From the NCBI GenBank assembly GCA_900759475.1, contig CAAEVK010000037.1:2080-66079 (forward strand): a stretch of 64,000 nt of DNA, in the 5' to 3' direction. Source of the stretch: Clostridia bacterium (GTDB taxonomy: Bacteria; Bacillota; Clostridia; TANB77; CAG-508). The notes under the pieces were generated by a model. That model saw only the letters and a list, made by a program, of their open reading frames with translations, was not told the DNA's origin and ran no database searches. Numbering within the stretch: the first letter of the stretch is position 1; each line of letters starts with the position of its first letter. The position numbers and the translations under genes were made by a program. Shown here piece by piece: positions 28,248 to 38,414 of this stretch.

Positions 28248-29552
28248 ATGAATAAAAGAGGAATTACATCTGGAGTATATTCAGAAAAAAAGCCTAAGAG
28301 AAAATCAGATTTACCAATGTGTCCTACTTGTAGAAAATGTAAAGATAGGTCTATATGTCAAAACAGGAAAAAATTAAAATATTGTGAAACATGTAAAAAA
28401 TGTACTGACAAAGAAAATTGCGATAAATTTTATCATTATCTAAGAGGCAGAGCTTTACTAACTATTGGTAAAGATATTGAAACAAGAGAACCTATCAGAA
28501 AATTATTTACAGGAGATACTGAAGAAGAAGCACTAGAGAATTTATATAAATACAAAATTGCAATGAAGGAATCAGGTAATGATTTAGATAATATTATTCA
28601 AAAAACAACTAAATCTATTGCTGATATTGGACAAGAAATTGAAGATTCAAAATTTAGAAAAGGAAAAACTAAAGGAAACGCTTATAGAACAAATATGGCA
28701 ACATTAAATAGAATCAAATTAAATAACTTTGCAAATATTCCAATAGACAAAGTAAAGAAAAATCAAATTGAAAACTTTTTAGAAAAAGAAAGAGTAAAAT
28801 CTAATTCAGTTATAAAGAAAGATTATACGATGCTAAAAAGAATATTTGAAAATGCTTTTGATAATAGGTATATATCAAATAATTTATTTCAAGGAATTAA
28901 CTTGATTGAAAAACCTAAAAGTACAAAGGAAGATAAAGATGTAAAAGCATTGAGCTATACAGAGCAAAGCAAATTCGTTGATTATCTAGAAAGAAATAAT
29001 GTAAAACATAAAAACATTCTTCTAATTTGCCTATATACAGGGATGAGAATTGGAGAAGTTTTAGCACTAAACTATAAAGAAGATATTGATCTTGATAGTA
29101 TGCAAATACTTGTTAGAAGAACTTTGACTAAAAATAAAGAAGGTAAAACAATAGTCGGTCCACCTAAAACTAATAACGGAAAAAGAATTTTACAAATTAA
29201 TGAATTGACTGAAAAAGTATTAAAAGATTCAATACAAAATATTAAGAAGAACAAAAATAATGTGTTGTTCTGTCATCCAGATGGAAAGTTGATAGAAACA
29301 AATACTATAAACTCTCATTTTAAAAGAGTTTACAAAAATGCAGGAATAACTGGAACATATAGTGTTCATTGCTTAAGACATACTTATGCAACAAGATGTA
29401 TAGAGGCTGGAGTAGAATTACCAGTATTGCAAGCACTAATGGGACATGCAGATATTCAAACAACAATAAATGCTTATGGAGATATTTATAAGTATCTCGA
29501 AGTGCAAAATCATAAAAAATATGTAGATTATGTCAAAAATGGAAGAATATAA
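28248..29552 (+). CDS. tyrosine site-specific integrase with Cys-rich N-terminal extension
   Basis: GGAGG at 28235-28239 favours the ATG at 28248. Catalytic-domain motifs LLICLYTGMRIGEVLAL, HCLRHTYATR and LMGHADIQTTINAYGDIY (R..HxxR..Y). Confidence 0.9.
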   Translation: MNKRGITSGVYSEKKPKRKSDLPMCPTCRKCKDRSICQNRKKLKYCETCKKCTDKENCDKFYHYLRGRALLTIGKDIETREPIRKLFTGDTEEEALENLYKYKIAMKESGNDLDNIIQKTTKSIADIGQEIEDSKFRKGKTKGNAYRTNMATLNRIKLNNFANIPIDKVKKNQIENFLEKERVKSNSVIKKDYTMLKRIFENAFDNRYISNNLFQGINLIEKPKSTKEDKDVKALSYTEQSKFVDYLERNNVKHKNILLICLYTGMRIGEVLALNYKEDIDLDSMQILVRRTLTKNKEGKTIVGPPKTNNGKRILQINELTEKVLKDSIQNIKKNKNNVLFCHPDGKLIETNTINSHFKRVYKNAGITGTYSVHCLRHTYATRCIEAGVELPVLQALMGHADIQTTINAYGDIYKYLEVQNHKKYVDYVKNGRI

Positions 29553-29648
29553 AATAAATAGAACTGTTTGGAAAAATTGTTCAGAAAAGAAATATCAACA
29601 ACTTTAAAGTATTGATATAAAATGAAAAATAATCGTTGACACTCGTTA

Positions 29649-29661
29649 GTCACCTCGACCA
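29649..29661 (+). repeat. attR-like direct repeat of the tRNA-Pro 3' end (12/13 identical)
   Basis: A GC-rich 13-mer in a very AT-rich context. The 20 nt before it (cgttgacactcgttag) look like a decayed T-arm. Confidence 0.55.
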
Positions 29662-29828
29662 GAAATGTAGCTGTTTTCAAGAAAATTTAAGAGAACTTGA
29701 AAACAGCTTTTGATATTAAAAGATACCATTTTGAAAATTCTATAATCAAATCTATTTGCTTATATTTTATTATATTTTCTCTTTCAGTATCAGACATTTG
29801 AGCCAAAGTTTTATCATAATTGTAAAGA

Positions 29829-30485
29829 TTATTTTTTAATTTCATTTTTGATAATCCATTTTATATCTTCTATTGATTTATCAATATTAAATCTTCCATT
29901 TCCTACTGGGTAATATACAGAGTAAAATCTATATTCATTATTATTAATTGTATCAGTAAATAATTGTTTTCTACATTGTGAAACAGAAATTTTCTTGTTT
30001 AATACAATTGAACTAACTTGATTGCCAAATAAAACTATTACTTTTGGTTTTATAATATCTATTTCTTGTTTTAATAAATCCAAGTATTCTTCGTAAACAC
30101 TATTAGGCAATTCCCTTGCATCTATTTGAGTACATTTCCCCAAATTAGTTATAAAATATTTATGTGTTTTTACATCGCTATATACTTGTTTTGCAAATTC
30201 TTCTGTCCATTCTGAACCTTTTATTTCTTTTATTTTTTTATAAATTTTATTATCCATCAAATTTAGTTTGTAAAATAAATCCCAAATGTTTTTTGTTCCT
30301 ATCCATGGAGACTTTATTCCTTTCCATTCTTTAGAAGATGCTATATTCCTTCCAGTTGGATTCATAAATACAAAACATATATCTGGATTTTCTATACATC
30401 CTCCATTATAAATTGAGTCAAGTTCTTTTGCTCCATATTTTATTTGTAACTTATCATATTCTTTTTTTAAATTCTCTAATTGCAT
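29829..30485 (-). CDS. uracil-DNA glycosylase superfamily protein
   Basis: ICFVFMNPTGRN (motif A-like) and a later LFGNQV/HP-type region. 218 aa; forms an operon with the radical SAM gene. Confidence 0.6.
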   Translation of the reverse strand: MQLENLKKEYDKLQIKYGAKELDSIYNGGCIENPDICFVFMNPTGRNIASSKEWKGIKSPWIGTKNIWDLFYKLNLMDNKIYKKIKEIKGSEWTEEFAKQVYSDVKTHKYFITNLGKCTQIDARELPNSVYEEYLDLLKQEIDIIKPKVIVLFGNQVSSIVLNKKISVSQCRKQLFTDTINNNEYRFYSVYYPVGNGRFNIDKSIEDIKWIIKNEIKK

Positions 30486-30497
30486 AACTTACTACTC

Positions 30498-31337
30498 CTA
30501 ATTTTTAATCTGTTTTTTCTTATTTTTTACTAATTCTTCGTGATAAAAGTAGTTTATATATTTTACATTATTATTTTCGCAATATGCTTGAATCTCTTTT
30601 GATAAATCATACCAATATTGTTTATTTTCATTAATATAAATATTATTATATTTATTTATTAATTTAGGATATTTTTCTTGGATATAAAATAATATCTTTG
30701 TTTTGTAATCTCCTCTTAAATTCAAATTTTCAAACCAGTATTCATTAACATATTGTTTACTTACTTCTATAATTTCTTTAAAATTTGTTATATATGGAAA
30801 TATTGGCGACATAAATAAAACTGTATATATTCCATTATTATAAAGTTTTTTTAAAGTCTGTAACCTTTCTTGTATAGAACTAGCCTTATCCATGTCATTT
30901 TTAAAATTCTTGTCTAATGTATTAATAGATATTGATACTGTTAAGTTTTTCATTTGCTTTAATAAGTCCATATCTCTTAAAATCAACTTTGATTTAGTTG
31001 AAATATTTAATTCACAATCTACGTCTACTAGTTGTTTTAATATATTTCTTGTTAATTGGTATTTTTCTTCAAATTGATTATAACAATCAGTTACTGAAGA
31101 TAAAAATACTCTTTTATTTCTTAGCTTATTTACACTAATTTTTTTATCACAGTGTTTTATATCAATAAAAGTTCCCCAATCTTCTTTATGCCCCGTAAAC
31201 TTTTTCATAAAACTTGCATAACAATATTTGCATCCATGAGGACAACCTACATAAGGATTTATTACATAATCACTAGCTGGTAAATTTGATTTTGTTACAT
31301 AGTCATTTACTTTTATTTGTTTTTCAATAATTTCCAT
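30498..31337 (-). CDS. radical SAM protein, SplB/DNA-photolyase-like (COG1533-type)
   Basis: NPYVGCPHGCKYCYA CxxxCxxC cluster near the N-terminus. The ATG at 31337 (MEIIEK) is preferred over 31343. Confidence 0.8.
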   Translation of the reverse strand: MEIIEKQIKVNDYVTKSNLPASDYVINPYVGCPHGCKYCYASFMKKFTGHKEDWGTFIDIKHCDKKISVNKLRNKRVFLSSVTDCYNQFEEKYQLTRNILKQLVDVDCELNISTKSKLILRDMDLLKQMKNLTVSISINTLDKNFKNDMDKASSIQERLQTLKKLYNNGIYTVLFMSPIFPYITNFKEIIEVSKQYVNEYWFENLNLRGDYKTKILFYIQEKYPKLINKYNNIYINENKQYWYDLSKEIQAYCENNNVKYINYFYHEELVKNKKKQIKN

Positions 31338-31696
31338 AAACACTCCTATCGTAAATTATAATACATTTATTTCTAAAGTAATAATTTTATTTCTTTGCTC
31401 TATATGTAGTCCACATTTATTTTCATTTTTTACAATATCGCAAATTGTCCTTTCAAAATTATAAAATTTTATAGTATTTCCAAATGGCAATTTTATTTTT
31501 ATCACACCAAGTTCTATATTTTTTATAACTTTTCATAATTTTACACTCACACTGAAAACATATCATTTTTTAAGTGTAATAGTCAACTAAATAAAATAAT
31601 ATTGTTAAATTTTTCTTTTTTTAATTTTTTTGAAATTTTTTAACATTTTTCATACCATATGCCATTACTTATGAAGTGGATTGATTTAATTATTTT

Positions 31697-31820
31697 ATTG
31701 TTTCAGAGAAATTGCAGATTTTTTCAAAACAACAAGGTTAAGCACCTCGATTCGTGCGGTTTGCGAAGCAAACCTGTACATGTAACGAAGTCACTTTTGT
31801 TGTTATGACACTGAAACAAT
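31697..31820 (-). repeat. dispersed intergenic repeat, copy A (inverted orientation)
   Basis: Contains caaaacaacaagg...gtgcggtttgcgaagcaaacctgtacatgt...gtcacttttgttg. Bounded by attgtttcag/ctgaaacaat inverted ends. Confidence 0.8.
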
Positions 31821-32089
31821 GTATTAAATTCAGTTTTATAGTTAAATTAACATTAATGTAATTGCCAACGCAACTATTAGGTTATGGTGACAATCAGGTT
31901 AATTTTTAAAGAATATAGGTTTAAAATTTTAAATTCAAATTTCAAAAATAAGGTTAAAGTTTAAAATCCAGTAATTACAAAAGATATATATTTACTAGTG
32001 GACTAACACAAACATTAATACCGCTAATCAAAGCTATTAACAAATATAAAGTAAAAAGAATACAATATTATACAAGGGGGAATAAAACA

Positions 32090-32791
32090 ATGAGGAATAA
32101 AATAGTGCAAATAGCACAAAAAGAAGTTGGATATAAAGAGCAAGGAAACAATATAACAAAATATGGCGAGTGGTATGGAATGCAAGATGAATGGTGTAAT
32201 ATTTTTACTTCTTGGTGTGCAAATCAAGCAGGAATAAGTGAAGATATTATTCCTAAAATGGCTTATGTTCCATCTACAGCAAATTGGTTTGATGCTAAAG
32301 GACAATATAAAAATAGTAGAGCATTTGGAGGAAATTATACACCACAAGCAGGGGATATTGTATTATTTGACTACAATAGAAACACAGACAGTGACCACAT
32401 TGGAATTGTAGAAAAAGTAGAAGGAAATACACTTCATACAATAGAAGGGAATAAAGACAATATGGTAAAACGTGAGATATATTCATTAGATAGTAGGGAT
32501 ATACGTGCATATTGTGTACCAGCATATGAAGAAAAAGAAGAAAATATAGATAATAAAGAAAATACAGAAAGTGAGGGGTTTGAAGTGAAAAAATATAAAA
32601 ATGGAAGTACAAAAGAAATTGTGTATCAAACAACAGAATGCCAAGAAGAAATTGGATATTTAAATCCAGAAGAAGAATGTGACTGTTATGGTATTACAAA
32701 CGGACTTGCTATTGTTTGCTATAAAGTAGATGGAAGTACTATTGGAGAAAAAAAAGTAGGATTTGTAAAATGGTTAGGTGGAGTTATGTAG
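32090..32791 (+). CDS. CHAP-domain peptidoglycan hydrolase
   Basis: GGGGGA RBS. EWCNIFTSWCANQAGI (catalytic Cys) and DSDHIGIVEKVEGNTLHTIEGN (catalytic His), typical of CHAP. Confidence 0.85.
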   Translation: MRNKIVQIAQKEVGYKEQGNNITKYGEWYGMQDEWCNIFTSWCANQAGISEDIIPKMAYVPSTANWFDAKGQYKNSRAFGGNYTPQAGDIVLFDYNRNTDSDHIGIVEKVEGNTLHTIEGNKDNMVKREIYSLDSRDIRAYCVPAYEEKEENIDNKENTESEGFEVKKYKNGSTKEIVYQTTECQEEIGYLNPEEECDCYGITNGLAIVCYKVDGSTIGEKKVGFVKWLGGVM

Positions 32792-32916
32792 AACTAGATA
32801 AACCTTGAATTACAACGATAATAAAGTAATTTTTTGGGAAAGCAAAAAAATCATTGCAAAAAGTCGAAAAATATATTAAGATAATAATATATATAAAATA
32901 AAAAAAGGGGGATTAT

Positions 32917-33489
32917 ATGAAAAGTAAGAAAATTATTTTATTATTAACAGTTCTAATAATGGCTATTGTATTATTAACAGGCTGTACTGGTACTATTAAC
33001 AATGATGAGCCACAAGATTTAAGTAATTTAAATACAGTAACAAATGCTGTTGCTAATAAAGAAGGTTATTCTAAATATACTAATGATGAAGGCATTAGCT
33101 TTTATTGTCCATCTGACTGGATTTCTGTTGGAGAAGAAGGAACATTATTTTTTGTGGCACCAGACTCAACAGGAACAAGTGCAAACTTATTAAGTGAAGA
33201 AATAGGAAGTATGATTAGCTTAAGTGGCTATGTTGAAATTGCAAAAGCAAAGTTGCCAGAAGCAATGGATATAACAAGTGAGATTAAACAAGAACAAATT
33301 AACCTAAATGGAAGAGAAGCATATGTTATTTCATATTCTGCACAAGAAAGTGGAATAGAAATGAGTGTTTTGCAAGAAGTAATAAAAGTAGATAGCAAAG
33401 TATATATTTTAACAGTTGGAACAAAAGCAAGCAACTATACACAAGCAGAAGAAACATTAAATAACATATTGTCATCATTAACAAAATAA
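32917..33489 (+). CDS. lipoprotein, function unknown
   Basis: Signal peptide with lipobox LLTGC; soluble PsbP/DcrB-like sized domain. Confidence 0.7.
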   Translation: MKSKKIILLLTVLIMAIVLLTGCTGTINNDEPQDLSNLNTVTNAVANKEGYSKYTNDEGISFYCPSDWISVGEEGTLFFVAPDSTGTSANLLSEEIGSMISLSGYVEIAKAKLPEAMDITSEIKQEQINLNGREAYVISYSAQESGIEMSVLQEVIKVDSKVYILTVGTKASNYTQAEETLNNILSSLTK

Positions 33490-33492
33490 TTA

Positions 33493-33512
33493 GAGGGTCA
33501 AGCGACCCTCTA
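33493..33512. terminator. bidirectional terminator (agagggtc aagc gaccctct)
   Basis: Perfect 8-bp GC-rich stem between convergent genes. Confidence 0.7.
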
Positions 33513-35045
33513 TAATTTTGTAATATCAATAGTTTCTAACCCTTTTTTGCTAGGTTCATTTAATAAATTCCCTTTATAGTCATATCGAGAACCATGACAA
33601 GGACAGTCCCAAGTTTTTTCTAAATTATTCCAAGAAAGTTCACAGCCAAGATGAGCACAATAGGGTTTAACAGCAAATATTTCACTTTCGGATTTTTTAT
33701 AAATTCCTAATTTTTTACCATGGTAATCTACAACACCACCAGTGTTTATTTTTAAATCCTCATATTTTGTAATAGGGGGAGTTAGTCTATTTAAAATAAG
33801 AGAATGAGAAGTTTGAGATAATATATTTCCAAATTCTTCTTTATTTTTCAAAGGATGAAATCTAGTAGAAGAGTAAAGTTTTGCATAAGGATTAGGATTT
33901 TGCATAATTGCATCTGCAATAATTTTAGCAGCCACATAAGAAGTAGTCATTCCCCATTTTTTAAAACCGGTTGCTACAAAAACATTTGGCATCAAATTAG
34001 AATATTCACCAATATAAGGTATTTTATCTAAACTAATACAATCTTGCGTATTCCAACGGTATAATATTTCTGCTTTCGGATATAGTGTTTTAATATAGTT
34101 TTCTAAATTTTTGTAACATTTATCTAAATCAATGTTATTACTACCTGTTTTATGCCCAGAACCACCTACCAATAACAATTTTTTGTTTTGAAAAGGTACA
34201 GTACGAAAAGAAGTTACAGGCTCATCTTCAGAAATGTACATACCAGGAAATAATTCTTTTTTTACATCTACACCAATAATATAAGAAGCATCTTGATACA
34301 TTTTTAAAAAATATAAACCAGGAAAATTAATAATAGGATAATGAGTAGTAATGGCAACGTATTTAGAAGAAACAGTACCACTTGTTGTAAAAGTTTTGTA
34401 GATATCACCATTTGGTTTAATATCATATACTTTAGAATTTTCATAAATGCAGTCTTGAACAATTAAATTGAGTAAAGAAATTGTATATTTCCTTGGATGA
34501 AATTGTGCCTGATTTGGAAATTTAACAGCACCTACTGTTTTTATTGGCAAAGGAATTTCTTCGCAAAATGTAGCTGAAAAACCAAGAGAATTTACGTTTT
34601 GTACTTCTAAAATTAACTTTTGCTTATTTTCTTCTAAACAAGAATATACATAAGCATCTTGTGTTTCAATATCACAAGAAATATTTTCTGATTGAATAAT
34701 ATTTCTTATCGAAGAAAGTGCATTTTCATTTGAATATAAATAATTTTTTGCGAAATCTTTTCCAAAAGTTTCTATTAAGTAAGTGTAAAATAAACCATGT
34801 TGACTGGTAACTTTAGCAGTGGTATTAGCAGTTGTGTTTGATAAAACCGTGTCTTTTTCTAATAACACGAAAGGTATTCCTTGCTTGTGTAAAAGATAAG
34901 CAAGAGTAACTCCAACAATTCCTGCTCCAACAATACATACTTCTGTTTGTATATCTGCTTCTAGTTTAGGATATGCAGAAGCAGAAGTGCTTTCTAACCA
35001 ATAAGAATTCATTTCCTTAACCTCCTTAAGAACTAGATTATCCAA
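33510..35045 (-). CDS. FAD-dependent oxidoreductase with C-terminal Rieske [2Fe-2S] domain
   Basis: VCIVGAGIVGVTLAYLL dinucleotide-binding motif and CAHLGCELSW...CPCHGSRYD Rieske motif. Confidence 0.9.
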   Translation of the reverse strand: MDNLVLKEVKEMNSYWLESTSASAYPKLEADIQTEVCIVGAGIVGVTLAYLLHKQGIPFVLLEKDTVLSNTTANTTAKVTSQHGLFYTYLIETFGKDFAKNYLYSNENALSSIRNIIQSENISCDIETQDAYVYSCLEENKQKLILEVQNVNSLGFSATFCEEIPLPIKTVGAVKFPNQAQFHPRKYTISLLNLIVQDCIYENSKVYDIKPNGDIYKTFTTSGTVSSKYVAITTHYPIINFPGLYFLKMYQDASYIIGVDVKKELFPGMYISEDEPVTSFRTVPFQNKKLLLVGGSGHKTGSNNIDLDKCYKNLENYIKTLYPKAEILYRWNTQDCISLDKIPYIGEYSNLMPNVFVATGFKKWGMTTSYVAAKIIADAIMQNPNPYAKLYSSTRFHPLKNKEEFGNILSQTSHSLILNRLTPPITKYEDLKINTGGVVDYHGKKLGIYKKSESEIFAVKPYCAHLGCELSWNNLEKTWDCPCHGSRYDYKGNLLNEPSKKGLETIDITKL

Positions 35046-35255
35046 TAGATAGAAAAATATGTAAGAAAAAAAGAGAATATAATTTACTTATTCATGTAGT
35101 GGAGCAAAATGGTAAATTAGAAATAGTATATAATACTACTTAACTGTAATAGCAGAAGGTAAATGTATAAAACATTTACAAGAAAAAATGTTAGGTTTTC
35201 ATTGACAGATAAAAAAGTTAGAGAGAATTGTTAAGAAATTAATAAATAAAAACAG

Positions 35256-35288
35256 AAAAAACTTATACGGAAATGCGTATAAGTTTTT

Positions 35289-35289
<1 letters not shown>
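35256..35289 (-). terminator. intrinsic terminator after tRNA-Arg(TCT)
   Basis: acttatacg/cgtataagt stem with a U-run on the minus strand. Confidence 0.6.
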
Positions 35290-35365
<76 letters not shown>

Positions 35366-35531
35366 ATTTGAATACTTACATATAATAGCATGTTTTTTGC
35401 CAAAAGTCAATTGTTTTTTGAATTTTTTTGAGAATGCTGGTCGCTAGGCTATCATTTACAGATTATTTAATCTAAAGTAGAATAGTAAATTTAATCTAAA
35501 AAAATAGTTTTATCTTAATGAATTTAGGTTA

Positions 35532-36134
35532 TTATAAGTGAAATAAAAAATGAAATAAGCCAATAAAACCAAATAATAAAAATAAAATAGAAGATAAAAT
35601 TTCTACAGATTTTGCAGAAATTTTTTTGCTTAAAAATTTTCCAATACCAATAGCAATTAAATTACTAAAAATCATACCTAAGATAGCACCAATAATTAAA
35701 AATAATTTTGCCCAAGGATATTGAATACCAAGTCCAATAGAAGCTAAAAAAGTTTTATCACCAATTTCTCCAATTACAATGGATAAAGTTATTATAAAAA
35801 TATAGTTTAATTTTGAATGAGATATTTTATGTACTATATTGGATTTTGTAGATTTTTCTTTTTCTTCCTTAGGCACAAGACTAACAAGTCCAATAAGAAT
35901 AAAAGAAGAATAGGTAATAAATTCTAAAAACTGATGTAATAGTAGACTTCCAGTATTACCTAAAATACTTCCAAAAACAATAGCAATACCATGACTAAAT
36001 AAAGAGCCTAAAGCAACTCCTAAAAGGATGGTAATAGTTTTTAATTTTGTAGAAAAGGAAAGGACTATTAATTGTGTTTTATCTCCTAATTCAGATAAGA
36101 ATACCAGTAAAAAAGAAATAATAATTTGGTACAT
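35532..36134 (-). CDS. UPF0016/GDT1 (TMEM165)-family cation (Mn/Ca) transporter
   Basis: Duplicated E-x-G-D-K-T motifs (SELGDKTQL and GEIGDKTFL) in a 6-TM protein. Confidence 0.85.
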   Translation of the reverse strand: MYQIIISFLLVFLSELGDKTQLIVLSFSTKLKTITILLGVALGSLFSHGIAIVFGSILGNTGSLLLHQFLEFITYSSFILIGLVSLVPKEEKEKSTKSNIVHKISHSKLNYIFIITLSIVIGEIGDKTFLASIGLGIQYPWAKLFLIIGAILGMIFSNLIAIGIGKFLSKKISAKSVEILSSILFLLFGFIGLFHFLFHL

Positions 36135-36290
36135 AATTACCTCCTTGTATATTTGTAGTAAAAAATATATTCGACTAGTTTTTGATTATTCCGAAAAATT
36201 GAAATTGTTCTTTTGCATTATTTAGTAACATGGAATTATGAAAATATGTATCAAATTATTGCCAAAAACAGAATAAATCTATATAATAAG

Positions 36291-36393
36291 AAAAGAGGCT
36301 TCGCCACATGTACAGGTTTGCTTTGCAAACCGCACGAATTAAATAAACCTAACCTTATTGTATAGAAAAAATCTGTGATTTTTCCTATACAAT
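36291..36393 (+). repeat. dispersed intergenic repeat, copy B
   Basis: aaaagaggcttcgccacatgtacaggtttgctttgcaaaccgcacgaatt...ccttattgtatagaaaaaatctgtgatttttcctatacaataa. Confidence 0.8.
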
Positions 36394-36427
36394 AAAGAAG
36401 AAGATAGTTTTTTAAGGAGAAAAGTTT

Positions 36428-37616
36428 ATGAAACTTTATTTATTAGATGACTATAAAAGTGGAACACCAAAGAAGTTGAATAAAAAGAAATTAATTAAAA
36501 CAATTGTTATGATAGTTGTTATTCTTACATGTGTTGTTTTATTTGCATTATATATAGGGAACGAAGAATTTAGAGGATTTATTGACCGTTATATACTACA
36601 AAAAGAAATTACGGAAAATACAGGCAGTATTATTCAAATTAGTCAAGAGGATAATCCTTATGTGTATGCATATGACAAGTATATTCTGGTTTTGAAGAAA
36701 AATTTATTAGAGCATTATAATCATAGTGGCAATATGGAATTTAGTGTGCCTGTTTCTATTTCTAATCCATTATTTGAATCAAATGGAAAGTATTTGGTAT
36801 TAGCAGAAAAAGGGGGAAAAAAATTATATTTAATTTCGGGGCAAAATATCATTTGGCAAAAAGATATAGAAGGAAATATAGCAAATATTAATGTAAATAA
36901 AAATGGATATGTTTCTATTATTATTACAGGAACAATTTATAAAACAATTATAGCAACTTATGATGTGGAGGGAAATGACTTACCAGTTGTCTATCGCTCA
37001 TCAACATATGCTATTGATACTGACATCTCTTCAGATAACCAAAATTTAGCATTTGCAGAAATTAATTCGGCAGGAAATATTATACAATCTAGTGTAAAAA
37101 TAATTTCGTTAGAGATTGCCAAAACACGTCCTTCAGAAGCTGAAATATATTCTTATGAAGGAAATGCAAAGGAATTAATAAATTGTATTAAATACCAGAA
37201 TGGAGATAATTTAATTTGTATGTTTGATAATAAAATTATCTCTCTAAAGGATAATCAGCTACAAAAAACATCAAATTTTGAACCAGATACTATATTTGCG
37301 GACATTAATTTATGGAATAATTTTGTAAAGGTAACAAAAAAATCTACAGGGATTTTTAGTTCAGAATCTAATATTGAAATAGAAAATGTGAATAATGACA
37401 AAGAAAATTTATATAAAGTAGAAGGTATTCCAAAAAGCATTGTTGCCAGAGAAAACACAGTGGCAATTAATTTTGGAACAGAAGCACATTTTATTCGGTA
37501 TAAATGGATGGCTAATTAAAAAATATACTTCAACAAGAGAAATAAAAGATATTGTGATTTGTGATAATTTAGCAGGAATTATTTATAAAGATAAAATTGA
37601 GTTAGTCAATATATAA
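36428..37616 (+). CDS. membrane-anchored repeat/beta-propeller-like protein (DUF5711-like); requires a CGG +1 shift at 37496
   Basis: AAGGAG RBS and an N-terminal TM anchor. The track ORF stops at 37519, but skipping C37496 continues ..EAHFI-G-INGWLIKKYTSTREIKDIVICDNLAGIIYKDKIELVNI* to 37616. Confidence 0.7.
37496..37498 (+). other. CGG +1 recoding site 5 (ttt att C GGT ata)
   Basis: In-frame CGG. The +1 frame stays open for 40 codons to a stop at 37614-37616. Confidence 0.65.
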
Positions 37617-37659
37617 AAAACACAATAAAAATTAGAAGGCAAAAAGGAGAAATTAACAT

Positions 37660-38319
37660 ATGAGTATTATTGTTGATATAGGTATTATTGCTATTATTGC
37701 GTTATCTACTTTTTTAGGATATAAAAAAGGATTAATAGGAGTGGCTTTTAAAATAATTTCCTTTTTCATTGCAATTATACTAGCTTTTGTGCTATGCAAG
37801 CCAGTATCTTATTATATTATGCAACAAACCATAATAGATGATAAAATAGAAGAAACAATAGAAAATGCTTTAAGAAATAACCAAATAGAAAATTCACAAG
37901 AACAAAGCAATAACATGGGTATACCAGAAATTATAACAGATTATATTCAAGAAGAAATAACAAAGGCAACAGCTCAAGCACAAAACCAAGTAGCAACAGC
38001 GGTAGCACAAAGCGTAACAGCTACAGCTATTAATGCTATTTCATTTATTGCTATATTTATTATTTTAAAAATAGTATTGTTAGTGCTAAAATTATTTAGT
38101 GAACAATTAGCCAATTTCCCTATTATTAAACAATTTAATAAATTAGGAGGAATTACTTATGGAGTATTAAGAGGATTTTTTATTATTTATTTGTTATTAG
38201 GCATTGTATCTTTTATTGCACCTATGTTGGCAGAAAAAATGATTTTAGTAACAATTACAAATTCGTATTTAGGGAATGTTTTTTACCAACACAATTTATT
38301 ATTAAAATTATTATTTTAA
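37660..38319 (+). CDS. CvpA-family membrane protein
   Basis: N-terminal IVDIGIIAIIALSTFLGYKKGLI and 4 TM helices; a central Gln/Ala-rich linker. Confidence 0.7.
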   Translation: MSIIVDIGIIAIIALSTFLGYKKGLIGVAFKIISFFIAIILAFVLCKPVSYYIMQQTIIDDKIEETIENALRNNQIENSQEQSNNMGIPEIITDYIQEEITKATAQAQNQVATAVAQSVTATAINAISFIAIFIILKIVLLVLKLFSEQLANFPIIKQFNKLGGITYGVLRGFFIIYLLLGIVSFIAPMLAEKMILVTITNSYLGNVFYQHNLLLKLLF

Positions 38320-38414
38320 ACATTGCTATTTTAAGAAAAATTTGCTATACTAGCGAAGGTACAATAATTGTACAAGTAAATATATAGTGGAGAAGAGAAA
38401 GGGATGCCAAGAAA

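Larger units (their letters stand above)
18974..29661. mobile_element. integrative mobilizable element (about 10.7 kb) in the 3' end of tRNA-Pro
   Basis: gtcaccccgacca (18974-18986, tRNA 3' end) is repeated as gtcacctcgacca (29649-29661), directly after a tyrosine integrase gene. GTT(C/T)AGAAA arm-like repeats occur at both ends (19118-19190 and 29562-29590). The interior carries RepA_N, a MobV relaxase with oriT, and an Xis-like HTH protein. Confidence 0.6.

Noticed and set aside
31370-31510. A small minus-strand ORF (about 47 aa, VIKIKLPFGNTIKFYNFERTICDIV...) just upstream of the radical SAM gene.
   Set aside because: No clear ATG or RBS, no recognisable motif, and below the track threshold.
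36135-36290. A yybP-ykoY (Mn) riboswitch, expected upstream of the UPF0016/GDT1 transporter.
   Set aside because: I read the minus-strand leader. The conserved GGGGAGUAG and UUGACAUA-type blocks are not present.
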